Positions 18,622 to 27,737 of a DNA stretch of 64,000 nucleotides are shown in pieces; position 1 is the first letter of the stretch; each line of letters begins with the position of its first letter. Origin of the DNA: Planctomycetota bacterium (GTDB taxonomy: Bacteria; Planctomycetota; UBA1135; JACQFD01); NCBI GenBank assembly GCA_046160785.1, contig JBJXHE010000008.1, forward strand, positions 3,920 to 67,919, read 5' to 3'. A program made the translations under genes and the position numbers. The notes below the pieces were generated by a model. The model saw only the letters and a program-made list of their open reading frames with translations, was not told where the DNA came from and did no database searches.

Positions 18622-20211
18622 GTGATTTTCCCCGCAATCGCAACCATTGGATTATTAGCATTTGCGCCGCAGGCGCCCACTCCGCTGACGACGGTGCTCG
18701 TCACGGGCGGACTGACGAGCCCCGTGCAAGTGACCGCGCCGCCGGGCGACACGTCGCGATTGTTTATTGTCGAGCAATTTACAAAAAGCATCAAAATAGT
18801 AAAAAACGGCGTGTTGCTTCCGGCTCCCTTTCTCTTTGTGCCAACGCCCGTACAGGTCGGCGGGGAGCAGGGATTGTTAGGAATGGCCTTTCACCCCGAT
18901 TATGCAAACAATGGGTATTTTTACATAAATTATACCATTCAGCCCGCGGGCGCGACGGTGATCGAACGTTATCAAGTTTCGGCGGCGAATCCGGATGTCG
19001 CGGATCCGAATAGTAAGTTCTTAATTATGACGGTGCCGCAGCCGTTTTCGAATCACAACGGCGGAATGTTAGCGTTTAGCCCCGTCGACGGATATTTATA
19101 TATTGGGCTTGGCGACGGCGGCAGCGGTTTCGATCCGCAAGGAAACGGCCAGAATTTAAATACTAAACTTGGGAAAATGCTGCGAATCGATGTGAATACT
19201 CCGGGCGGCGTTCCGTACGCGATTCCGCCGTCGAATCCATTTGTTGGAAATCCTTCGGCGCAGCCTGAAATTTGGGCCTACGGGCTCCGCAATCCGTGGC
19301 GGTATTCATTTGATAGATTAACGGGCGATCTGTGGATTGCCGACGTCGGCCAGGAAGATTATGAAGAAGTTAATATTCAAAAAGCGTCGAGCGCGGGCGG
19401 CGAAAATTATGGATGGAAGTGTTTTGAAGGGAACGCTTCTCTAGGAGGCTGTTCGCCAGCCGGAATGACATGGCCGATTTATGAATATAAACATTCCGTG
19501 CTTCCCGGCTGTGCGATCATCGGTGGATACGTCTATCGCGGATATCAAATCGCCGATCTGCGCGGTGCCTACTTTTTTTCAGAATGGTGTAAATCGAAAG
19601 TTTACAGTTTTCGATATGTGAACGGGGCCGTTACTGATTTTCAGGATCGGACCGCCGAATTGCAGCCTCCAAGCGGACAATATAACGTTGGAACTGTAGC
19701 ATCGTTCGGCGAAGACGCGGCGGGGGAAATGTATATTGTTAATTATGTCGCTGGCGAACTGTATCAAATCGTTCCCGTATCGCCCGTCCTTCTGGGCGTC
19801 ACGACGTGGGGCGTCGGCACGGCCGGCTGCACGGGCGTCCCAGAAATCTCCGCCAACTCGTCACCGATTATTGGTAATCCAAATTTTAGGATTCGTTTCA
19901 CACACGGCGCGTCGAGCTCGCTCGGTCTCCTGATGGGAATGGACGCAGCCAATTCCGCGGGCGGCGATCCGTTTGGTGTCGGCGCGAATATTTATTTAGA
20001 CCCATGGAACGCTTCCGAAATTCTGTACTGGGATATTTTTAGTAGTTTCGATGGCGGCGGAAACGTAGACATGCCGATTCCCGTGAATCCGATTGTTGTT
20101 GGAAGAACGTATACATTCCAAAGTTTTTGGCATTGGCCGCTTGGGAATTGCCAGACGCCAAGCGGGATTATTAGTTCATCGCCAGCGCTCGATTTAACAA
20201 TTCTGCCGTAG
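18622..20211 (+). CDS. GSDH-family beta-propeller, paralog 2
   Basis: GEQGLLGMAFHP, NHNGG, GDGG, GLRNPWRY, DVGQ..EE, NYGW. Start uncertain (TTG 18562 or GTG 18622). Confidence 0.9.
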   Translation: MIFPAIATIGLLAFAPQAPTPLTTVLVTGGLTSPVQVTAPPGDTSRLFIVEQFTKSIKIVKNGVLLPAPFLFVPTPVQVGGEQGLLGMAFHPDYANNGYFYINYTIQPAGATVIERYQVSAANPDVADPNSKFLIMTVPQPFSNHNGGMLAFSPVDGYLYIGLGDGGSGFDPQGNGQNLNTKLGKMLRIDVNTPGGVPYAIPPSNPFVGNPSAQPEIWAYGLRNPWRYSFDRLTGDLWIADVGQEDYEEVNIQKASSAGGENYGWKCFEGNASLGGCSPAGMTWPIYEYKHSVLPGCAIIGGYVYRGYQIADLRGAYFFSEWCKSKVYSFRYVNGAVTDFQDRTAELQPPSGQYNVGTVASFGEDAAGEMYIVNYVAGELYQIVPVSPVLLGVTTWGVGTAGCTGVPEISANSSPIIGNPNFRIRFTHGASSSLGLLMGMDAANSAGGDPFGVGANIYLDPWNASEILYWDIFSSFDGGGNVDMPIPVNPIVVGRTYTFQSFWHWPLGNCQTPSGIISSSPALDLTILP

Positions 20212-20378
20212 CAACGCGCGCGTTTACCGGGCGAGGCGCGGGCGGAAATCACAATTTTTTTACACACAGGACGGTTAGTTCCGCGTACACCGTCTTTAGT
20301 CAAACTAAAACCCTCGCTCCGTTTCCACGCGCTTCGCGTCGAACGCCGAGGTTTCCAATTGTTATAGAGGACTGAACG

Positions 20379-20816
20379 ATGAATCGATGTCTCGTAACCC
20401 TCGCTGCGGTCGCGATCGCGTTTTTCGCAGCGGCTCCGATAGCCCGAGCCTGTGATGATAATTCTGACCAGGTTATGCAAAGACTAAAGAAAGTCGATCT
20501 GACAACGGAACAATTAAAGCAAGTGTTCGCTTATCAAAACGATCACAAAAACTTCATTACAAAAGCTCACAAGGAAGGCCTCGGATGCCGGAGCCACGAA
20601 TCGAATGTCGCGGTTTTCGAGAAGAGCGCCGTCGGTATTCTTAGCGATGACCAATTTAAGAAGTATTCCGGACGCGAGCGCAATGAAACAGAAACGCTTC
20701 GCTATCAAAATTATCTTTTGAAGCAGGAAATTGATAAGTTAAAGAAAGAGATCGAGAGTTTAAAGAAACCGGCGGAAAATAAATCCGAAGCCAAGCCCGC
20801 GGAAAAGAAAGGTTAA
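20379..20816 (+). CDS. Secreted hypothetical protein with a C-terminal coiled coil
   Basis: RBS GAGG before ATG, signal peptide, heptad pattern LKQEIDKLKKEIESLKK. Confidence 0.7.
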   Translation: MNRCLVTLAAVAIAFFAAAPIARACDDNSDQVMQRLKKVDLTTEQLKQVFAYQNDHKNFITKAHKEGLGCRSHESNVAVFEKSAVGILSDDQFKKYSGRERNETETLRYQNYLLKQEIDKLKKEIESLKKPAENKSEAKPAEKKG

Positions 20817-20826
20817 GATTCGGCGC

Positions 20827-22317
20827 TTGTATTTGACGACAAGACTCATTAAGAATCCGGCCCGGACGCTCGCGTTCGGGCCGTTTTTGTTAATATTAAT
20901 ATTCGGCGCCGCAAGCAAGTTGCCGCAAAACGCCGAATCTGCGCCCGCAAGCTCGCGCGCCGCGCAGGAACGGATTCTTGATATTGCGATCGACGTCGCA
21001 CGCCGCGATCATACAAATATTCAAGCCGCGCGGATTCAGAGTGAAATCAGTAAACTCGCTGACGGCTATCGCACGCGCGTGAGCGCGGCGTCGGGCGCAA
21101 AAGATAAGATAAACGCCTTCCGAATTGTTATGTTTGAGGTTGCGAAGTTTGAGGCAACTTCCGATTTGTCATCGCCCGCACACTTGCATATTGATTCCGT
21201 CTTAGATTCGAAAAAGGGATATTGTTTATCATTGTCGGTGATCGCGCTCGCGCTCGCTGAGGAGGCCGGCCTGCCGTTTTCGGGAATCGCAGCGCCGAAT
21301 CATTTTTATATTCGATACGACGACGGCGTTTACAGCGAGGCGCTTGAACTAACAAAATCCGGGACGGCATTTTCGGAGAATGTACTAAAAGAAAGTTCAC
21401 GATTCGCGGAAACAAAGAATACAACTTATTTCCGGCCTCTTACGAAAAATGAGATTCGCGCAGTTTTATTACATAATCGCGGATTTGCCTCGGCTGGCGC
21501 AGGCAAGCGCGCCGCCGCGTACGCCGATTTCGAGGAAGCCGCGAAGCTGTTTCCTGATTTTCCGGAAACTTACCGAAATCGCGGTGTTCTGCTCGGCGAA
21601 GAAAAGAAGTATACAGAAGCAATTGTACAATTCGACCGCGCGCTCGCGGTGAATTCGAATGACGCCGACGCGCTCATGAACCGCGCGATTTGTAAATTTG
21701 AATTGGGCGACGTCGAAAAAGCGATCGACGACATTGAAATTGTTTTATTGTTAGATCCGGGGCGCGAACGCGCCGTGAAACTGCGAGGCGCCTGGACGCA
21801 TCATTTGAAAGATCACGCGTGGCTCGCGTGGCAAAAGCGCAACGTCGCGCCGCTCGACCGCCCGCCTGGAAAATTAGCTTTGGGCCTGCTCGGAGAATAC
21901 TATCAAAAAACGAATTTTGGAAAACTTATCCATTCGCGGATCGACTCGGAGATCGACTTCGAATGGAACAATTCGGCGCCGGCGCCGAAAGTTCCGCGCG
22001 ATCAATTCAGCGTGCGATGGACGGGTTATTTTAAGTGTCCGAAAAATGCTAAATATACTTTTTTTGTTATTGCTAACGATGGCGTCCGCATCGAATTCGA
22101 CGGGAAACGCATCGTCGACCGTTGGGTTAACATGGGACGCGAGAATGGATATGAGACCGTGGATCACGATCTCGTCGCGGGATGGCATCCCATCAAGATT
22201 GAATACTTCGACGAATACGGCGGCGCGCGCGTTTTATTAAAAATTGCGGCCGACGGCGACGAGAAGCCGCTCCGGCTTGCAGAATATTTATTTCACGATT
22301 CACACAGCCCGCGGTGA
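20827..22317 (+). CDS. SirB1/transglutaminase-like + TPR + PA14 domain protein
   Basis: LDSKKGYCLSLS..APNHF (transglutaminase-like core), TPR helices, PA14 motifs IDFEW, DQFSVRWTG, NDGVRI, HPIKIEYF. Confidence 0.82.
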   Translation: MYLTTRLIKNPARTLAFGPFLLILIFGAASKLPQNAESAPASSRAAQERILDIAIDVARRDHTNIQAARIQSEISKLADGYRTRVSAASGAKDKINAFRIVMFEVAKFEATSDLSSPAHLHIDSVLDSKKGYCLSLSVIALALAEEAGLPFSGIAAPNHFYIRYDDGVYSEALELTKSGTAFSENVLKESSRFAETKNTTYFRPLTKNEIRAVLLHNRGFASAGAGKRAAAYADFEEAAKLFPDFPETYRNRGVLLGEEKKYTEAIVQFDRALAVNSNDADALMNRAICKFELGDVEKAIDDIEIVLLLDPGRERAVKLRGAWTHHLKDHAWLAWQKRNVAPLDRPPGKLALGLLGEYYQKTNFGKLIHSRIDSEIDFEWNNSAPAPKVPRDQFSVRWTGYFKCPKNAKYTFFVIANDGVRIEFDGKRIVDRWVNMGRENGYETVDHDLVAGWHPIKIEYFDEYGGARVLLKIAADGDEKPLRLAEYLFHDSHSPR

Positions 22318-22464
22318 AAATCATCCTATTCAAATATGCCCTTTTTTGTTAACTCTTCGTCAAGCCGTCCTCGGTGTAAGTTTTTACTACGCCTCGAACG
22401 CCTTTCCTTGATTTAACAAAAAATTTCAATATTTGAATTGCGAAGCATTTTCACCACGGGCTGT
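22304..22464. mobile_element. 161-bp MITE-like palindromic element, copy 1
   Basis: Terminal inverted repeats ACAGCCCGCGGTGAAAAT / ATTTTCACCACGGGCTGT. Aligns without gaps to 59986-60146 (about 25 substitutions by hand count). Confidence 0.8.
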
Positions 22465-25400
22465 GAAGTAACTTAAAGCCCGTCTTCGGAATAGATATAT
22501 TCGCGCCGGGCGGCGGCGCGATAGAGGGCAAGACAAAATCGTCGACAATCGAGAAATCGACGCCCGTGATTTCAATTCCCGGCGGCACGAAGATCGAGAG
22601 CGGCGTTTCAAATGTAGGAAAGATTCCAAACGGTTCGCCGACGCCGCCGATAAATCCGTCATTATCTAAATCAGGCCCGGCGACAATAATATATTCACCC
22701 GGAGGAAGACTTGGAATTGTATACGTTCCGTTTTGTGCCATTGTCGCCTGCCCGCCGGTGTCAAACGTCACGACGTCGATGGCGAGTACTAAGATTGAAC
22801 CAAGGACGATCGGAACGGCGGCGCCCTGCGCCACCTCCATCGAAATGCTAATATTTGCATTTCCACCGTTGGTTGTAACAGATACGTTTCCCGTGTAGAA
22901 ACCGGGCTGAAGCACTCCGCGTGTCACGGTGATTGTTAATGTTTGAGGCGCGGCGCCGTTCGCCGGAGAAACGCTGAGCCAGTTCCCGCCGGAGTCTTCC
23001 GTGTCGCTCGCGGTGAAGTTTAATGTTCCGCCACCGATATTTGCGATGCTAACGTTAAGATTTGTAGTTTGGCTTCCGAAGTCGAGCGCCGTCGCTGAAA
23101 TTCCAAGCTGCGCGGGCGCGCCCGGATTCTGTGGCGCCGCGGCTTGCACCGCCGCAAACGCGTTCACGAGCCCGTTGCCAAAGGTATTATCAAATCCTGC
23201 AGTGCCGAGATCGGTCGCCGTGCTTTCGAGTATTTGTTCTATCTGATCGGGCGTCAGTGCCGGATCGACGGAATATAATAAAGCAGCTACGCCGGCGACG
23301 TGCGGACACGCCATCGACGTACCCTGGTAAAACTTAAATATAAATGTAAACGGGTTCACGCTATCGTTAACAAGCGTGCTTAAGACGCCGTCCGCAAAAT
23401 TGTCATTATTGAGATCCGCGCCGGTGTCGCCGCCCGGAGCGGCAACGTCAATATTCGGGCCAAAGTTAGAATACGGCGCGCGATTGTTAGCAAATTCGGT
23501 CGCGGCGACGGAGATTACTCCCGTGTATGAAGCGGGGAAACTCGGCGTACTTGTATTTTCATTTCCGGCCGCTGCGATGACCGCGACGCCCGCGGCGCGA
23601 ACTTGGTTAACAATATTTTGCTGATTCTGCGAGGAGCCCGGACCTCCTAAACTCATATTAATTGCATTCGCGCGCACGGCCGGAAGCTGTCCGCTAGCGT
23701 TAGCAATTCGGGCGGCGTATTTCATGCCTTCGCCAATATCAAAATTAGTCCCGCCGCCAACGCCAAGCACGCGGATATGCATAAGTTTACAAAACCAGTC
23801 GACGCCCGCGACGCCGACTCCGTTATTTGTAGCAGCGCCGATCGTGCCAGCGACGTGCGTGCCGTGCCAGCTCGACTTGCCCTGATTGCTAAGATCGCCG
23901 GGGTCGGTCGGGTTATTATCAATACCGCCACCGTCATTCGAAATTTGCGGATCGGAAATCATATCAAATCCAGTTCCGCTGTCGCGCGACACGAGGTCGG
24001 GATGGGCTGTCGTTCCAGTATCGAGAATTGCAATAATAACGTTTGCCGACCCTTTTGTAATATTCCATGCTTGCGGAATGTTAATCGCCGGAAGGTGCCA
24101 TTGATTGCCGAAAAACGGGTCGTTCGGCGTGTTTCCGCCCTGCGGCAGACCGGCCGTTCTATAAATATAATTCGGCTCCGCGAAATCGACGTCCGGCAAC
24201 TTTCGGATCTGTTGTTTTCGCCGCATCGTCGCCAGCCGGCTGTTGCGATCGGCTTCGATGCCGCGCGGCACGCCCGGAATTGTTACTACAAATGCGCCGC
24301 CAGGCGACGCGGCCCGGACGCTGAGGCCTTCGCGCGCGGCCCACGACTCTGGAGAAGTTTTTGTATCGCGCAGCTGCACAACAAATTCTCCGGAGACAAA
24401 CGGCCGGTCGAGTTCCATGACGCGGTCGACGAGGGCATCGCTCCACGACGCGTGCTGCGGTTTATTATTAATGATGTCGTTTTTGATAGATCGGCGCATC
24501 GCAAGCCCGCCGCCCGGCGGCGCGCCCGCCGCTTGAATTGCGGGGTTAAACGGCACTGACACGACGGTTAATTGATACGTTCCCGCGCCCGCGAACGGCA
24601 CGACCGCAATATCAAATTCGGCCTGACCCTGGCCTTGAAATGTAATATCAATAATCCCAATCTCAGGTTTGTTCGACGTCGCGAAGCCGAGGCCTGGAAT
24701 CAAGTCGCCGGTTTGCGAGTCGACAATATAAAAATCGAAATCATTTGCGACGTCGTGCAGCAGCGTGATCGTGATTGTTTGCGATTCTGAAATAATATAA
24801 CGATACAAATCCACGTCGCCGCCGCTTGCAACTGTAGTCGATCCCGCGACGCGCAGCACGTTGCCGGGGGAAAGCGCTCCGACAAATTGATCATTTTGTG
24901 TCGAATCGTTCGGCTCAATCTCGGGAAACGCATCCACGGTTTGAATCGCTAACGTTCCTGAAACGGCTCCCGGAGTTAACGATTCCGCTTCTTCGACGTG
25001 CGTTGTTTTTGTAAACTTTGGCTGTTTGATTGTTAGTGTCGCCTTGACGTTTCCGAGCGCGCCCGTATTCACAAATCCGAGCGCCGACTGGCCGAATTCG
25101 CCGACCGGAACATTCTTTAACGTTAGCTTCGTGCCTTTGATGGTTACAAATGGTGAAATATCCTCCGTGCCGCCCGACGGAGTGCCCAGGCCAAGGATTT
25201 CAAGAATCGCGAGCGATCCGGTCGAAGGCGCGAGCGAGCCGTTGAGCGTTGCGCCGGCAAACGCATCAAATAAAACTACAGTTGGAGTCTGCGGGTCGAC
25301 GGGCGCTTCAACCTTAATCGACGTCGCCGTTTTTGGTAATTTTGCAGTTGTTTTTAATGTATACGGCCCTGTGGAGCCGTCGAACGACGATATAACAATT

Positions 25401-25738
25401 GCGTACGGCCCGGTCGTCGGAAGCACGAATTTACTGATCGTTACTGTTTTTGTGCCAACGCCTTTTACAAATCCCGTAAAATCAAGACTCGCTTCAGTTG
25501 TAAGATCCAGTATTTGTAGTTCAGCGAAGAGCGGCGCGGTTCCCGCAACGGATACACCAAGCTGCGTTCCTTCGAGCGCGTTGAATACTAATAAATCTTC
25601 GTCGCTCGAAAATGCTATTCTACCTTTGAACGAGTCGCCGAGATTGATGACCGCATCGGGCTCGCTCTGTCGCGCAAACACGATATTTGTAAATATAATG
25701 AAAAAGACAAGGAAGGCCGCGAAGTCTCGAATTTTCAT
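22451..25738 (-). CDS. Secreted S8 (subtilisin) serine peptidase with PPC-like and BACON-like domains
   Basis: Catalytic triad ILDTG / WHGTHVAG / GTSMACPH, oxyanion AAAGN; signal peptide from ATG 25738. Confidence 0.92.
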   Translation of the reverse strand: MKIRDFAAFLVFFIIFTNIVFARQSEPDAVINLGDSFKGRIAFSSDEDLLVFNALEGTQLGVSVAGTAPLFAELQILDLTTEASLDFTGFVKGVGTKTVTISKFVLPTTGPYAIVISSFDGSTGPYTLKTTAKLPKTATSIKVEAPVDPQTPTVVLFDAFAGATLNGSLAPSTGSLAILEILGLGTPSGGTEDISPFVTIKGTKLTLKNVPVGEFGQSALGFVNTGALGNVKATLTIKQPKFTKTTHVEEAESLTPGAVSGTLAIQTVDAFPEIEPNDSTQNDQFVGALSPGNVLRVAGSTTVASGGDVDLYRYIISESQTITITLLHDVANDFDFYIVDSQTGDLIPGLGFATSNKPEIGIIDITFQGQGQAEFDIAVVPFAGAGTYQLTVVSVPFNPAIQAAGAPPGGGLAMRRSIKNDIINNKPQHASWSDALVDRVMELDRPFVSGEFVVQLRDTKTSPESWAAREGLSVRAASPGGAFVVTIPGVPRGIEADRNSRLATMRRKQQIRKLPDVDFAEPNYIYRTAGLPQGGNTPNDPFFGNQWHLPAINIPQAWNITKGSANVIIAILDTGTTAHPDLVSRDSGTGFDMISDPQISNDGGGIDNNPTDPGDLSNQGKSSWHGTHVAGTIGAATNNGVGVAGVDWFCKLMHIRVLGVGGGTNFDIGEGMKYAARIANASGQLPAVRANAINMSLGGPGSSQNQQNIVNQVRAAGVAVIAAAGNENTSTPSFPASYTGVISVAATEFANNRAPYSNFGPNIDVAAPGGDTGADLNNDNFADGVLSTLVNDSVNPFTFIFKFYQGTSMACPHVAGVAALLYSVDPALTPDQIEQILESTATDLGTAGFDNTFGNGLVNAFAAVQAAAPQNPGAPAQLGISATALDFGSQTTNLNVSIANIGGGTLNFTASDTEDSGGNWLSVSPANGAAPQTLTITVTRGVLQPGFYTGNVSVTTNGGNANISISMEVAQGAAVPIVLGSILVLAIDVVTFDTGGQATMAQNGTYTIPSLPPGEYIIVAGPDLDNDGFIGGVGEPFGIFPTFETPLSIFVPPGIEITGVDFSIVDDFVLPSIAPPPGANISIPKTGFKLLHSPW

Positions 25739-25859
25739 GGGGGGTCGCCGGTGGGAGTGTTGCAATTCTTAGGGGCGCGTACCGTGAAAGGCAATTCCCT
25801 TCGACTTTCGAACAGTCAATCTCATCAATAAACTCGAAGGGACCGTCCTGGCCGTTGTT

Positions 25860-25934
25860 TGGTTCCCCGGCCAGGACTCGAACCCAGAATAGGAGAACCA
25901 AAATCTCCTGTGTTACCAGTTACACCACCGGGGA
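25860..25934 (-). tRNA. tRNA-Gln(UUG)
   Basis: Reverse complement TCCCCGGTGGTGTAACTGGTAACAC AGGAGA TT TTG GT TCTCC..GGTTCGAGTCC..CCGGGGAACCA; full cloverleaf with encoded CCA. Confidence 0.96.
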
Positions 25935-26010
25935 ATCCGAAAGGGATTCTGCCGAAGCGCAACGAAAACTCAACAACTGCTTCCCTTTCGCCGCGCGCTC
26001 GCTCCCCTAA

Positions 26011-26808
26011 ATGGAATCGCAAATGCAACGATACCGCTCTGCCATCACGACTCTTATTCTTAGTATCTCTTTCGCGGCGTGCGCCGCACGTCAGACGGCC
26101 GCGCCGGTGCCCGGCCGCAGCGTTTACTACAGTTTCGAAGGTTTTGAATCCGGCGAGGCGCCGAAATCCATCGAAACCGCGACGGCCGGTCCTGCTGTCG
26201 CTGACGCGGGCGCTACACCCGACGCGCGGCCGATCGCGCTCGGGATCAACGACACCGCGCGGCCAGGCCGCTGGCTGGTGTTGTCCACGTCATCCGCGAA
26301 GCGCGGCAAAAGGGTTTTGTTACAAAAAGATGCTACAGATACGAAAGGGCGCGTTCCGATCGCGTGGGTTCGTGACGCCGATTTTCGCGGAAAAGTAGCC
26401 ATCAGCGTCGACGCGAGATCGCACGAAATGGACGGACTCGTGGACGTCGGTCTCGCGTGGAACATTCGAAACGCGAATGAATATTTAGTATTGCACGCCG
26501 ATGGCGACAGACACGAGCTTCGCGCAGAATTAGTAACGATGGCGCGCGGTTCGGGAATCCAGCCTGCGGCAGGTCGAAATGTTAAAATTCTCGCGTCGGC
26601 GCCTTATCATTTTAGTCCGAACAAATGGTTTAATTTATCAATTGAACAGGATTCCGGACGCGTGCGCTGCGGCGTGAATTCGGAAGTATTACTTAATTTT
26701 ACAGTTCCAGCCGGCTTTGAAAGCGGAAGCGTCGGCCTTTGTACGTTTGAAGGCGTGACCGCGGAATTTGATGAATTTATTGCGGTGGGCGACGAAACGC
26801 GGCGTTAG
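26011..26808 (+). CDS. Lipoprotein with a concanavalin-A-like beta-sandwich domain
   Basis: Lipobox SFAAC; GLAW..Y.V, KWFNLSIE, SGSVGL..AEFDE pattern. Confidence 0.7.
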   Translation: MESQMQRYRSAITTLILSISFAACAARQTAAPVPGRSVYYSFEGFESGEAPKSIETATAGPAVADAGATPDARPIALGINDTARPGRWLVLSTSSAKRGKRVLLQKDATDTKGRVPIAWVRDADFRGKVAISVDARSHEMDGLVDVGLAWNIRNANEYLVLHADGDRHELRAELVTMARGSGIQPAAGRNVKILASAPYHFSPNKWFNLSIEQDSGRVRCGVNSEVLLNFTVPAGFESGSVGLCTFEGVTAEFDEFIAVGDETRR

Positions 26809-26821
26809 CTAAACATTCTTT

Positions 26822-26847
26822 TTCTTAACAATAACAATTGTTAAGAA
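26822..26847. terminator. Inverted repeat between the convergent ORF and tRNA-Glu
   Basis: TTCTTAACAA-taacaa-TTGTTAAGAA; AT-rich and therefore weak. Confidence 0.4.
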
Positions 26848-26925
26848 TGGTACTCCCAAGGGGATTTGAACCCCTGTTACCGCCGTGAGAGGGCGATGTC
26901 CTGGACCGGGCTAGACGATGGGAGC
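26848..26925 (-). tRNA. tRNA-Glu(CUC)
   Basis: Reverse complement GCTCCCATCGTCTAGCCCGGTCCAGGACATCGCC CT CTC AC GGCGG..GGTTCAAATCCCC TTGGGAGTACCA. Confidence 0.96.
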
Positions 26926-26970
26926 GTTTTGATAATGATTACAAATACAATGAAAGTAAGTTACTAAGAT

Positions 26971-27044
26971 TGGCTGGGGGGGGAGGAATCGAACCCACAT
27001 TCGCAGAGCCAGAATCTGCTGTCCTACCATTAGACGACCCCCCA
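26971..27044 (-). tRNA. tRNA-Gln(CUG)
   Basis: Reverse complement TGGGGGGTCGTCTAATGGTAGGACAGCAGA TT CTG GC TCTGC..GGTTCGATTCC..CCCCCCAGCCA; T-stem has one U-C mismatch. Confidence 0.93.
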
Positions 27045-27162
27045 GCAAGTCCGGAGGCGGAATGGATTCCCGTCGAACGGGCTATCCATTGGGTCGCATT
27101 CGGGCGGGAAAAAATATCGGCAAACCCGCGCACGTCAAGGAGACGCGCCGCGGACGAGTCAT

Positions 27163-27702
27163 TTAGCGAACGCGATTGACGAGGGATTCCGATTTCATCC
27201 CCGCGGTTTTGCCTTCTTGAATTGCATCATTTATGGGGAGCCCATCGTGCCGCAAACGGTACATCGACCACATGAACCCGACGCGATTGCCACTCGCGCA
27301 ATGCACCAAAACGGGCTCGTTCGCTTTTGTAGCAAGCGTTTCAATAAATTTATCAATATCCTTTTCTTTGACTGAATCGGCCGTCATCGGAATATGAACA
27401 TAATTCATTCCTAACGAACGCACGAACTGTTCCTCGTCGAAAGTTAATTCAGATTTTGGACGCAAATTAACAATGGTCTTGATTCCTTTTTCTTTACTTT
27501 GTCTTAGATCGTCTTCCGATGGCTGGCTCGCGAGATAGAATTGTTGATTGAACACATGCAGATTCTTAACAGATCCGAGCGTTTGCGGTTCGAGACGCGC
27601 GGCCGAAGCCCGCGATTGTTGCGCGGTCTTGGATGGCGAACTGCACGCGATCGTTAATATTACAATTGAAAGAAAAGAGATGGAAAGGATTTGTGTTTTC
27701 AT
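27163..27702 (-). CDS. Lipoprotein, PTP-like/DUF442 cysteine phosphatase-sulfurtransferase fold
   Basis: CX5R loop VHCASGNRVG, ASQP, IVNLR; lipobox LTIAC. Confidence 0.85.
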   Translation of the reverse strand: MKTQILSISFLSIVILTIACSSPSKTAQQSRASAARLEPQTLGSVKNLHVFNQQFYLASQPSEDDLRQSKEKGIKTIVNLRPKSELTFDEEQFVRSLGMNYVHIPMTADSVKEKDIDKFIETLATKANEPVLVHCASGNRVGFMWSMYRLRHDGLPINDAIQEGKTAGMKSESLVNRVR

Positions 27703-27737
27703 GGGATGAGAGAGTACCTCTTGAGGAGCCTTGCTTG

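Noticed and set aside
23001-25772. Antisense ORFs of 250 aa or so inside the S8 gene, and similar ones at 7220-7960, 33228-33935, 56161-56820 and 60076-60915
   Set aside because: They lie opposite well-supported genes and have no motifs; expected from codon bias.
25825-27179. ORFs 25859-26398, 25825-26028, 26939-27133 and 26970-27179
   Set aside because: They overlap tRNA genes and have no protein-like features.
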